64,000 bases of DNA from an uncultured Methanoregulaceae archaeon (GTDB lineage Archaea > Halobacteriota > Methanomicrobia > Methanomicrobiales > Methanospirillaceae): NCBI GenBank assembly GCA_963701095.1, contig OY969564.1, forward strand, positions 768,001-832,000, given 5' to 3'. How positions within the stretch are numbered: position 1 is the first letter of the stretch; each line of letters opens with the position of its first letter. Of this stretch, positions 1-10,694 are shown piece by piece. The notes below the pieces were generated by a model that saw only the letters and a list, made by a program, of their open reading frames with translations, did not search any database and was not told the origin of the DNA. The position numbers and the translations under genes are program-made.

Positions 1-93
1 GGCTGTTATGATCAGGCAGATAAACGTAATAACCCCAAAATACAGCGCAATAGGAAGACCATAAATCACGATATGTCCAAGGGAAGTAATCAT
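1..93 (-). CDS. N-terminal part of a membrane protein, runs off the left edge
   Basis: ATG at 93 (minus); reads MITSLGHIVIYGLPIALYFGVITFICLIITA, hydrophobic. Confidence 0.5.
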   Translation of the reverse strand, partial: MITSLGHIVIYGLPIALYFGVITFICLIITA

Positions 94-638
94 AATTTCA
101 TTATTACAGTAACCGGTTATATAAATAAATAATGAGAAAACATGGCTTTAGCAACCAAAATAGACCGATCTTGCTATAAGCAATTCTCTTCTCACAATGA
201 CGGTTAATGGGTAAATCCAGTACCTTGGTGAATAGAGAGAAGGTAGCCATAGACAGAAATATACATTGCAGCCCTGAACCTTGGATTTTTTTTTAAAAGA
301 CCGTTTCTCCGGAATATGCCGGACGTTCTACTATCACCATTCTTTACCGGCTTTATTGTATCTCCTTTTATTCGTGGACAGAGAAGCGTCAACGCGGCTG
401 GTCAATCCGGGCGTGCTCACCGGCCAATTCATTTTCACGCCCCCCTCCATGAGTTTATGCACAGCCAATCGGAGACATTTGCCTGCAGGAGGATTTTTCC
501 ATAACGAAAAAGGTAAAGGATCCATACCAGGAAATCATCGCGGAATTCGCAACAATTGGGAACATCGCCGGTCTTGATGCAGTAGCAGAAGGAACTACCT
601 GGCAGAATTTCGAGAGGCTCGCGGGCTTCATCTTTGAG

Positions 639-1049
639 ATGAACGGGTTTGCTATAACTGTCGGCACCGTCAAGACCCGGAACCGGAAGCGGAGGCAGTA
701 CGATGTCATTGCCCGGAAGAACGACCGTACTCTTCTCGTCGAATGCAAGCAGTGGTCGGGCAGCCGCTACCGTCTCTCAGCGCTGAAGAAGGCGGTTATC
801 CAGCACCGGGAACGGGCGCTGTTTTACGAGAGTGTTACAAACGAGAATGCTGTTCCCATCATCGTCACGCTCATAGAAGAAGAGATCCGGATTTTCGAGG
901 GCGTCCCCTTGGTTCCGGTGCACCGGCTTAACACCTTCATCGGGGAACTTGAGAATTTTCCGGATGGGATTTCATCTGGGGAATTTGAGGATCTGGAGGA
1001 AGGGATAACAGAGCAGGCGGGGGAGGTTCAGCCGGATCCGGCGGGATGA
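639..1049 (+). CDS. Restriction-endonuclease-like PD-(D/E)XK protein (Mrr_cat/NERD-like)
   Basis: Motif QYDVIA..LLVECKQW; frame is open upstream with WQNFERLAGFIF, so the true N-terminus is probably near 516, where AAG sits in place of an ATG. Confidence 0.65.
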   Translation: MNGFAITVGTVKTRNRKRRQYDVIARKNDRTLLVECKQWSGSRYRLSALKKAVIQHRERALFYESVTNENAVPIIVTLIEEEIRIFEGVPLVPVHRLNTFIGELENFPDGISSGEFEDLEEGITEQAGEVQPDPAG

Positions 1050-1428
1050 TGATCGGAAAGGAATGAATTGCAAATCCGGTAACAATATTGTGAAAGAAAG
1101 AAACCGGGCGTGAAAAATTCCACGCCCGACAGAGAATTTATGTGCACAATGGATGCGATTTCTGACCGCGTTTCCCAAAACGGTCGAATTTATGTAGACT
1201 GAGTATATTTAAAAATTCTTGGTCACTTTCTATTTTTTGAGAATACGATTTTGCCTTGTCCTGTCTGATAGAAAATCCTCAAACAAACGGATAGTGCTGT
1301 AACATCTCCTCTCCACAATTTTCCTTTAAAAGATACAACCCGAATAATGCTGAAAGGGGAAAAATAAAAGACCTATCATAAAGGTTGTCCGTTAATCTTA
1401 TGCTTTGAAGAAAATCATAGAGTAGAAG

Positions 1429-1983
1429 ATGGCTGATAAAAAATACGAATCATTGAAGATCGAGAATATCGTTGCATCCGGTGTCATTGCCGATTCTATT
1501 GATCTTGTTGAGTTGTCGGAAAAGGTCAAGAACTGTGAACTCAACAAGAAACGGTTTCCCGGTGCGGTCTATCGTATAGCAGATCCTAAGATGGCGTCCC
1601 TGATCTTCTCATCGGGCAAAATAGTACTCACCGGAGGCCGCAGCATTAAGGCGGTTATGGATGGACTTGCTGTCATCACCACATCGTTACATCAGGCAGG
1701 TATTGAAACACTCAAAGAGCCCAAAGTTGCTATCACCAACATGGTCTGTTCATATGACCTCGGTAAATACATCAATCTTAACAAGGTAGTAGTCACCCTC
1801 AATGTCGAAAATATCGAGTACGAACCCGAACAGTTCCCCGGGCTTGTATACCGGATCAAGGATCCCAAGATCGTCGTTCTGATCTTCTCTTCAGGAAAGC
1901 TTATTCTCACGGGTGGCAAAAACCTTGAAGACATTAAGAAGGGGCTTGAAACTCTCGAAAAGAAGCTCGAAAGCATCTTCTAA
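1429..1983 (+). CDS. tbp: TATA-box binding protein
   Basis: Two TBP repeats: IENIVAS..FPGAVYRI..LIFSSGKIVLTG and ITNMVCS..YEPEQFPGLVYRI..LIFSSGKLILTG. Confidence 0.97.
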   Translation: MADKKYESLKIENIVASGVIADSIDLVELSEKVKNCELNKKRFPGAVYRIADPKMASLIFSSGKIVLTGGRSIKAVMDGLAVITTSLHQAGIETLKEPKVAITNMVCSYDLGKYINLNKVVVTLNVENIEYEPEQFPGLVYRIKDPKIVVLIFSSGKLILTGGKNLEDIKKGLETLEKKLESIF

Positions 1984-2417
1984 AGTAGAGGAATTATTAT
2001 TATTTTTAGTTTTGTTGATATGACAGAGAGTTCGCGATATTGGTTTGGTAGCGAATAGTGTATTCCAGGAAATGAGCTCCCCCGTTTCCCCTATCGTGGT
2101 ATATGTGATTTCATGACTGGGGAACTCAGCAAAATTTCTCTGTATTGCATTCCGTTTCAGATTTGATATTTGTATAAGGATTATTAAGCCAATCCGGCAA
2201 ATTGAAAATATTTTTATACCCCTTTATTTCCACTGGAACTTCCGCCTGTGAAGGCCTCTACCAGAATAGGTTAAGCAATCTCCGGGACCAGGAATACGAC
2301 CACCGTTTTATCCAGGGTCACGATGTCCAAGGGGATATCTTCAAATTTTTGGCGGCCGATCACTTTCACTCCCCTTATGGCCAGTCCTTTATCTCCTTGT
2401 GTGAGTGATCCGGTGTT

Positions 2418-2894
2418 ATGGAGAAAATCCCCGTCCGCAAATACCAGGTGGTCGAGGAAGCAGAAATCAACCTCGTCCTCCAGTGCAAAGACAGCCGTGA
2501 CTTTTATGAACGATACCTCAACGTGTTCCCGGATACCAAAAAAGGTCTCGATAGTATCTCAAAGATCTGGAAACGTAAAAGCGAATTTGCAAAAAAACGG
2601 CCTTTATCCATTCCTGCAAAAGAAGCCGGTGCAAAATCCACGCATGAAATAACTGCATTGATCGCCGAACAGACAAAGATCCTGAGCGAGATCTCCATTA
2701 TTACCAGAGAACAACTCGACGTAAGTCAGCATATCCTTGCAGAACTTACCCGGCAGAACCGAATCTTAACCGGACCTACCGAACACACTGCAGGGGTACC
2801 GGCAAAAGAATCTTCGCATCATGCCCCCGGGGTACTCCATCCCATGCAGGAATTAACGTCCAAGGTACAGACCCCGATCCTGGTAGGATCGTAA
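2418..2894 (+). CDS. Hypothetical protein
   Basis: 158-aa ORF with ATG start and a coiled-coil-like middle. Confidence 0.6.
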   Translation: MEKIPVRKYQVVEEAEINLVLQCKDSRDFYERYLNVFPDTKKGLDSISKIWKRKSEFAKKRPLSIPAKEAGAKSTHEITALIAEQTKILSEISIITREQLDVSQHILAELTRQNRILTGPTEHTAGVPAKESSHHAPGVLHPMQELTSKVQTPILVGS

Positions 2895-3225
2895 GTGCTG
2901 GTGTATCAGTGGTTAGAGACTAATTATTTTTCTGTCCGAAAATTCGCAGATACGATTGCGGACGTTGGGATCCTCTTATTTTTTAACTACCGGTACAACA
3001 ATTTTGTCATTCCCGAGAGGGCAATACGAAACCCTGGACAATTCTCTCTGCATCATCAGACACTTTGCAAAGGCCCCTCCCGTGGCAGGAGCGTATTGAT
3101 CGCAATGGCTTTCTTCGCAGAACTCCTCAAGCATATACCCCAATGAAACGAGTGAGACGTTAAATCTAATGCTGATGCTTCATTTTCGTTAGGTCGCGAC
3201 AACGCACATGCACCAACAGGAGTTG

Positions 3226-3444
3226 TCACCGGAGTTTACGGTCGCCACTCTGTTTCTGTAGAGTCATAAACTGCTCATTCCGTGGACATTCGTGCGGATT
3301 CACTCCATCCGTTGCAGGCCATTTCCCTTCTCTCGGGTTGAACCGGGCCGGGCATGACCATTCGCTTTCCTTCGACGTGGCAGGTTTTGGAACCGTCCTG
3401 ATTTTGATGTATTCACAACCTGTACAAAAATGGTATGTGCTCAT
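3226..3444 (-). CDS. Small Cys-containing hypothetical protein
   Basis: 72 aa, CxxC plus two further Cys; AAGGAGA RBS upstream. Confidence 0.6.
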   Translation of the reverse strand: MSTYHFCTGCEYIKIRTVPKPATSKESEWSCPARFNPREGKWPATDGVNPHECPRNEQFMTLQKQSGDRKLR

Positions 3445-3787
3445 ATGATCTCCTTACGTGCTGTATTCATCAGACTTGACGTGGTCTCTTTTCCGGGTGA
3501 TGATATATGCCTTCTCTATTATGCCGTAGACAGAACTATCCCCGTAATAAATTTCTTTTTGAGTAATTGTTGCATATTTCATCCCTCGTGATTCTCGCAG
3601 GAAGAACAGATTCTAAAAAAATGAAAAACAGATCCTGCGTACAACAAGCAGGTATCTATGTATACGCATCATGTATTCACCCGGTTTGGTATGAAATAAC
3701 ACACAACGGGTTATCAGGACGATTTAGCCGAAAATCTCATGAAAATCATCATATCAGCTTTTGAGTAATGAAAGGAGTTGAACAATT

Positions 3788-4012
3788 ATGCAGAACACAA
3801 AGACACACGATACAAAAACGCAGGAAACCGCCTCCGGTAAATCCGGATCCGGCATGAGTGCGCACCCGTCTACGGTGGCGCCGAAAGTGATTTCCCCTCA
3901 TTCAAAAGGCGTGAAAGCGTTAATACATGAGTCGCACAAGATCGAGTACCGAAGGGACCATCCAAAAGCAGTGGTCGGTATGAAAATCCCGTCCGCGTCT
4001 GTCCAGAAATAA
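3788..4012 (+). CDS. Small hypothetical protein
   Basis: 74 aa; AAGGAG RBS upstream. Confidence 0.55.
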   Translation: MQNTKTHDTKTQETASGKSGSGMSAHPSTVAPKVISPHSKGVKALIHESHKIEYRRDHPKAVVGMKIPSASVQK

Positions 4013-4160
4013 TAGTCCTCAACTCACCATACAATCAACCTATACTTTTTTGTCCGCGATCGCAGAAACAGCCCGGTGTTGGGTCAAAGAGCCGTAATCT
4101 CCCGCATATGTTATCGATACAGATTAGGGAATACCAGCCGCATATGATAGTGAGCCAGGA

Positions 4161-4388
4161 TTATTTTTTTACGATATGGAGCTCCCAGACACCACGACCG
4201 AGTTTTTTGGTTTCCACGGTCATCCCGGTATCTTTTGCATAATCAGGGATATTTTTCGTAGCTGCCGGCGGGTGATCACACGTAATTACAAGTTCGTCCC
4301 CGGGTTTCATCGTCTTTGTTTCTTCTTTGACATCGAGCAAGCAATACGGGCAGACTTTTCCCCGTATATCAAGATTTTTTATAGTCAT
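4161..4388 (-). CDS. TusA/SirA-family sulfur carrier protein
   Basis: LDIRGKVCPY motif, GDELVITCDHP; start taken at MTIKNLD. Confidence 0.85.
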   Translation of the reverse strand: MTIKNLDIRGKVCPYCLLDVKEETKTMKPGDELVITCDHPPAATKNIPDYAKDTGMTVETKKLGRGVWELHIVKK

Positions 4389-4554
4389 GGCAATACCAGC
4401 CTCATTTTCGTCAGTGAGCATACATTCTGATCGAAGATAAATCAACGTAAGGATACCATTTTCTGATCTTGAGGGTGATTATTACGATTTGGCATGAATC
4501 TTTTATAGCATACTTAAATAAAAAAACAACCCAGAATAACACGAGGAAGATAAA

Positions 4555-4929
4555 ATTAGAACTGAAACGGTAACCTATTTTACGGAAAAGGAAGAGGAAT
4601 TTTCAAATCTTCTCGTCGAGATCGGTACCAAAAAGCACATAGCAAAGGTGCTGGTATTTTTAACAAATATCCCCGAAGCAACTTCCCGTGATATCGAGCG
4701 CGGAACTGACCTTCGCCAGCCTGAGGTAAGTTTAGCGATGCAATATCTTATGGATCGGAACTGGATCGTATCCCACGAGATCAAACATGAAAGCAAGGGA
4801 CGCCCGGTTAAAATTTACGAGCTCGCAACACCTATCTCAGATATCATGGATTCCCTGGAAAAGGAGATGGAGAAAAAAGCCAACGATCAACTCAAACTTA
4901 TCAAGAAATTACGAAATTTTATCAAATGA
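4555..4929 (+). CDS. ArsR/TrmB-like winged-HTH transcriptional regulator; start codon appears to be ATT
   Basis: TSRDIERGTDLRQPEVSLA..KGRPVKIY; coding-like frame extends upstream to ATT at 4555 after GAGGAAG. Confidence 0.75.
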   Translation: MRTETVTYFTEKEEEFSNLLVEIGTKKHIAKVLVFLTNIPEATSRDIERGTDLRQPEVSLAMQYLMDRNWIVSHEIKHESKGRPVKIYELATPISDIMDSLEKEMEKKANDQLKLIKKLRNFIK

Positions 4930-5221
4930 TCCAAAATTAAAAACACTATTTGTTCTATTTTTCTGGCTAACCAAGTTCTGTCTAGTCTTCGGCGGGTTGC
5001 ATTAAGACTTCGTCGAAGAAAATATGTCGCCACCCGCAGGCTTTACAGAGCCTTTTATCGTAATTTCATCAAATTCATTTTTTATTCTTCTCGAGAACAA
5101 CTTTTCATTGAACAAGTCAGCACCTAAGCCTGTGCTGTTGATGTATAAGACGTTTCAATTTTTGATTCTCAGGTAACACTATATCAAGTCCTTTCTTCAG
5201 ATGCAATGCCAGTGATACAAT

Positions 5222-5656
5222 ATGAACACCATCAAAAGCACAGGAAATCGTATAAAATCCAAGACCCCGGTGCCGGAAAACCTCATCAAGATCCCGGTAA
5301 AATCCTTAGACCATTCCTTCCCGGAATTTATTGACCAGGAAAGCCTCGATACGCTGAGCCGGTTTGGCGAAAAGTTCAGATTGGCAGGGATCGACGGCAA
5401 CCCGTTGGAAATTCAGGAATTAACGGTCTTTAATGCGTTTCTGGCGGACCATGTACAAACGAATAAAATCAGCTCAGTCCAGTGCATGCTGCTGTGGAGT
5501 GAATGGGTGCGGACTTTCCAGCGCCAGACTGCGGGATTTCCGAACCTGATCCAAGAAAAAGAGTTCCGCACTATTATAACGGATAAGTTTGGCGTAGCGA
5601 TTGCCAACAATGAGATCAGGGGAGAGATCTATAACGGTATAAAGTTTGTTCCGTAA
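5222..5656 (+). CDS. Hypothetical protein
   Basis: 144-aa ORF co-oriented with the glycosyltransferase. Confidence 0.6.
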   Translation: MNTIKSTGNRIKSKTPVPENLIKIPVKSLDHSFPEFIDQESLDTLSRFGEKFRLAGIDGNPLEIQELTVFNAFLADHVQTNKISSVQCMLLWSEWVRTFQRQTAGFPNLIQEKEFRTIITDKFGVAIANNEIRGEIYNGIKFVP

Positions 5657-5692
5657 CCAGGGATGCAGGAAACGTACGAATCCTTTTTGTGA

Positions 5693-6847
5693 ATGGAGGG
5701 GCCCTCGTTGGAGTCATTTAAGATAGCCATTTTTTGCTGGGAGTCCCTTTATGCCGAACGTGTGGGGGGCCTTGCCAGGGCCGCAACGCACATTGCTGAA
5801 ACCCTTGCACAGCGCCACGAAGTTCATTTCTTTACCCGTGGGTGGATGCCAGACCAGACGATCAATGACGTCCACTATCATTATTGCAAGCCCCAAGGCA
5901 ACAACATTGTTGAATATTGTAACAGTATGAGTCTTGCAATGGTGGACAATTTTCACCAGTTTGATCAAAACCAGAAATTTGATTGTCTCCATTTTCACGA
6001 CTGGCACGCTGTACAGGCACTTCACATCCTGCAGGACCGGAACACCATTCTTACGTATCATTCTACGGAATACGGGAGGAATGGTAACCAGTCTGGAGAC
6101 TGGTGGGAATACCGGGAGATTTCCGGCAAAGAGTGGTACGGGGGGTTGATTGCAAAACGGGTAACGGCCGTTTCTGCCGCACTTAAAAATGAGGTCATGC
6201 AGCTCTATAATGTGCCCGACGGGAAATGCGATGTGATACCAAACGGTGTCGTGCCACACCAGTTCCGTGCAGAGATTGACGCTGGTGAAGTCAAGAGAGG
6301 ATATGGGATCCACCCGTATACCCCTCTGATCCTCTTCGTCGGCAGGCTGGTTTACCAGAAAGGACCCGATCTGCTCATCGCGGCAATGAAAAACGTGTGC
6401 CAGAATTACCGGGATGCAAAATTAATCGTTGCCGGTGAAGGGAACATGCGTGCGTTTCTGGAAGAACAAACCAGGAATCTACCGGTACATTTTGTCGGGT
6501 ATATTCCCGATTCTGAGTATATTCGTCTCCTGAACGCGTGTGATCTTGTGGTTATTCCCAGCAGGAACGAGCCGTTTGGTCTTGTCCTCCTCGAAGCCTG
6601 GAGTGCCGAGAAAGGGGTAGTTGCATCTAATGTTGGCGGACTTGCTGAGAATATCGACGCATTCGTTGACGGCGTGAAGGTAGAACCTTCACCAGATGCA
6701 CTGGCATGGGGGATGAACACCGTAATCGATGATCCCTCACGGGCTATGACTCTTGGAAAATGGGGCAGGAAAAAAGTTGATCGTAGGTTCCTGTGGGGCC
6801 CGATAGGCGAAAAAATTACAGAAATGTATTCCCATGTGGTTGCGTGA
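5693..6847 (+). CDS. Glycosyltransferase family 4 (GT-B)
   Basis: VGGL, HFHDWH, FVGRLVYQKG, EPFGLVLLEA motifs. Confidence 0.93.
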   Translation: MEGPSLESFKIAIFCWESLYAERVGGLARAATHIAETLAQRHEVHFFTRGWMPDQTINDVHYHYCKPQGNNIVEYCNSMSLAMVDNFHQFDQNQKFDCLHFHDWHAVQALHILQDRNTILTYHSTEYGRNGNQSGDWWEYREISGKEWYGGLIAKRVTAVSAALKNEVMQLYNVPDGKCDVIPNGVVPHQFRAEIDAGEVKRGYGIHPYTPLILFVGRLVYQKGPDLLIAAMKNVCQNYRDAKLIVAGEGNMRAFLEEQTRNLPVHFVGYIPDSEYIRLLNACDLVVIPSRNEPFGLVLLEAWSAEKGVVASNVGGLAENIDAFVDGVKVEPSPDALAWGMNTVIDDPSRAMTLGKWGRKKVDRRFLWGPIGEKITEMYSHVVA

Positions 6848-7259
6848 AAATGGTGGGGCTGCTGCATCTCTAGTTGGTGAGAGACTTTTCTCTTTGAGCG
6901 GATTTATCTATCATCCGTTAACGCTCCAGAAGCAAGCCGACCATCGCGAATGACTGTTAACAATATCTCCGCTACCCCTCAGACACCAACGTCAGATCCG
7001 TCTCCCACGATATCCTCTCAACCCTCTCAGGCACCTAAACCGGATCCGGTACAGGAATTTCCAAATCTTTTTGTTCCGTTCATCGCACTCCTGTTCATAA
7101 TTATTATTGTCGTTCATGTAAAAAGGAAAGGATGAGCTAAATTCCCTTTTCTCCGCTATATATTCCTTTAACCATGAGAGTAAAAGGCAAATCAAAGGAC
7201 GACCGGTTAAAATTTACGAACGTGCAAAAACCCATTTTCGATATCATAGTTATAAATAA

Positions 7260-7631
7260 TTACCGGGACAAGGCATGCTCAACTTTGTCAAGTAATTCCG
7301 TATTAAGGAAGGGTTTGATAAGAATTTCGTCAGGATAAATTTGCGCCATTCGCACTACCATATTCGCAGACAGATAGCCAGTGATGAAAATCAGGGAAAT
7401 CGAATAACGTTTCCGGATTTCCCGGGCGGTTTCGATACCGTCTAGAGATCCGGCAAGACCGATATCAATAATGATAAGATCGGGTTTTGGGGAGTTTTCA
7501 AGAGCCCGGAGTGCCATCTCTCCGGATTCAACAGGGTCAACAACCCGGTATCCTGCCTTTTCCAAAGATTCAATGATATTGAGGGCAATAAGACCATCAT
7601 CTTCCACTACCAGAATTGTTTCCCCGGTCAT
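7260..7631 (-). CDS. Response regulator, single receiver domain
   Basis: ILVVEDD, PDLIIIDI, DGIE, IFITG, KPF. Confidence 0.93.
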   Translation of the reverse strand: MTGETILVVEDDGLIALNIIESLEKAGYRVVDPVESGEMALRALENSPKPDLIIIDIGLAGSLDGIETAREIRKRYSISLIFITGYLSANMVVRMAQIYPDEILIKPFLNTELLDKVEHALSR

Positions 7632-10577
7632 GCGATAGTATTAGTGTCATTCAGCCGGAAGATAAACTCAGTACCTTTCTCCGTCCGGACTTCGGTTTCC
7701 GCCCGGAGCTGGTGGCGGGAAAGGAAGTTTACCAGTTTAAGGCCGAGGGATTTTGATTTAAGGGGATCAAATCCTTCATGGAATCCGCAGCCATTATCGG
7801 ACACTCTCAACACATCCTTTCTCTCTTCCTTGGCAAGCGAGACCCTAATTGTACACGGTTCTCCACGGAGAGCCATACAGTCAAACTCCGGCGGGAATGC
7901 ATACTTGAACGAATTGGTCACCAGTTCGTTAATGATCAGTCCAGCGGTGGTGGCCCGGTCGATACTCAGGGTTCCATCAACGTCGACAAATATTTTAATA
8001 TCAGAACGGACTCCGTACGATTGGGCAATCTGGTCGACGAGATTTTTCAGATAGATGCTCATATCCACATTTGAAAATTTCCCGGTCCGGTACAGGGTCT
8101 CGTGGATCAGGGCCATGCTTCGTGCCCGGTTCTGGAGATCTTTACGAAGTGTCCTGCCGCTTTCTGTATCCTCATACGAACCATCAAGACTCAGAAGCGA
8201 GATGAACGCGGTCAGGTTGTTCTTGACCCGGTGGTGAATCTCGGAGAGAAGGACCTCTTTCTCTGAAAGTGCTTCCCGGAGTGCCTCATCTGCCTTTTTG
8301 CGTTCGGTGATATCGATTCCCGTGCCAAGAACATATTCGACTGACCCGTCGGCCTTGGTCATTGCGCTGTTTGACCACTGTATGAACCTTCGGGTACCGT
8401 CTTTAGCGAGCCAGAAATTTTCATGCTCGTTCGGGAACATACCACTCGTCAATTGTGCAAATGTATCCTTAACACCCTGCATTTCTTCCGGCAGGATGAA
8501 TAAGTCCCAGAATTGCTTACCTTTCACTTCCTCAAATGAATAGCCAGTAATGGTTTCACAGGAACGATTGAAACGCACGATTCGTCCTTCCCGGTCAAGA
8601 ACGATAATCAGGCCACCAACGGTTGACAGTATACTTGTAGAGAAATCACGTTCAGTCCGCGATGCCTGCTCTGCTACCTTGCGTTCTGTAATGTCTTGGA
8701 CCATGCCGACAGAACGAATAATTTTGCCGTTATCATCCCTAACATGTTCGCATTTCTCATGGACGTACCGAATTTCACCAGAATCTTTCCGTGTAACCCG
8801 GTGCTCGATCTCGTATGAGTCCCTTCCTTCCCGTAAGGAGCCGGAATATGCAGCATCCACCGCCAACCTGTCTTCGGGATGAACCGCTTCAAGGAATGCT
8901 TCGTAGGTGGCACCGAATTCTTGAGGATGGAGCCCGAAAATACGGTAAACCTCATCAGACCATGAGAGCTGGCCGTTTACCAGATCGAGTTCCCAGCTTC
9001 CAAGATGCGCAATTTCCTGCGATCGGGCCAATCTCTCCTCACTCAGTCGAAGTGTTGCCTCAGTTTGGGAGAGTTCTTCTAAATTGTTGCGAAGATTTTG
9101 TTGAATTGCGGCAAGTTCCCTGTTGAGAGCATTGAGACTTTCGTTTTTCTGTTTGAGTACCTCTTCTGCTAGTTTCCGCCCGGAGATATCCCGGTGAATC
9201 CAAAGACGTCCGAAGGCTTTCCCGCCAAGGTATAGAGGAGCAAAATCCCGAAGTAAAACCTTTCCACTTTGAATTTTAACATCTTCGCCAAACACAGGTT
9301 TTCCCAAACGGACAATCTCCCATGTTCGAGCGATAAAATTGTCAGGATCTATGTACGAATGCCGTACTTTTTCCGTCAACTCTTTTGAGGACAGCCCAGT
9401 CAGATCAGCGGGTGAATCGTTCAGAGCTAAACAGGTCACAGAATGTTTGATTTACGAATTCCACCCGGTTCTCATTCGTAACCAGCAGAACTCCAGACTG
9501 CATATTGGAAAGGATCTGGTAAAATCGCTGGAGGGTATTTCGCATTTTCTCTTCGCCCTGTTTGCGTTCGGTAATGTCCTCGAATATTGTGGCAAATTTT
9601 CCCTGGTCCTGGGAATACGCCAATATGTGAAAATGTTTTTTCATTGGCGCAAAAAACGATTCAAACTCTTCGGATTGACCGGTTTCTGTAACCTGGCTGT
9701 ATATGTCGAAGTAAGGTGGTGTTTTAACACCGTATGCCTCCTTGCTGATTTTTCCTACAACATCTTCCCGTTTCAGTCCGAGAATCCGCTCAAACGCGGG
9801 ATTGACATCAAGGATACGGTAATCGACAGGATCGCCGGAAGTACTATAAACAATCTCATGGATTGCACTTCCTTCAGGACTCTTATTAAAGAGAATTTCA
9901 AAGTGATTTTTTGTGTCCGTTACTTCAGCATTGAGCCGCTGGTTGACCATAAAGATCAGACCGAAGGTAAGAAGGATTCCTGTAACAAAATACATCACAA
10001 ATGCCAAGGTTTGGATAAGTGTTGGCGTAAAAAGGCTGTCAATGGGTGCAAACGTAAGAACGGAGAAGGTACGAAATACAAAAAAGCATGCTTCAATAAA
10101 CAGGATCCCGGCGATGAAATGCGATGAAGCAGTTATTGACTCATGAGTTTTCCCTACCAAGACCTGAACCATTAACAACAAATAAAAAATAAAGGCAACC
10201 GACACAATTACTGTTCGGGTATTGATATCGTCAATCACATAGGTAAAATAAAAGTACAGCGCGATAAAAACAGCAAAAGCCGAGAAAACAAGACCTTTGT
10301 TCTCTTTTTTCTCTAAAAAATGCATTATCCCGATGTAGATAAAGAGGGAACCGGCTACAGTCAGAATATTTGGCAAAATTATTGCGATCAACGCGTTCTG
10401 GGTTACGTCCCTCACAAGAAATAATATAAATCCGCTCGCCGTCGTGGCACTGCCAAGAGCCCACCAGAGGATCCCGGGGTATTTTTTATTTTTGATATAA
10501 AGGAAAGCAATGATAATCATCTGAAGGACATTCGCGACGGCAACAATAACAGATAGTGTGCGAATGTCAAGAGCCAT
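7628..10577 (-). CDS. Membrane PAS/HisKA_2 sensor histidine kinase, split by a frameshift near 9430
   Basis: ORF 9405-10577 (multiple TM + PAS) and ORF 7628-9439 (PAS, EIHHRVKNNL, HATPase) join on removing one base in TTT A GCT CTG AAC. Confidence 0.85.
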
Positions 10578-10694
10578 TTAATTCGATCCAAATACCCATT
10601 ATTGCATCCGATAAAATAATGTTTTGCAATTTACCGGATTCTCTCCTTTGACCCCTTGGGAAACCGGAATCTGAATTTTGTATCTTTTCCATGG

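Noticed and set aside
9339..10127. 262-aa plus-strand ORF
   Set aside because: Antisense shadow of the kinase gene
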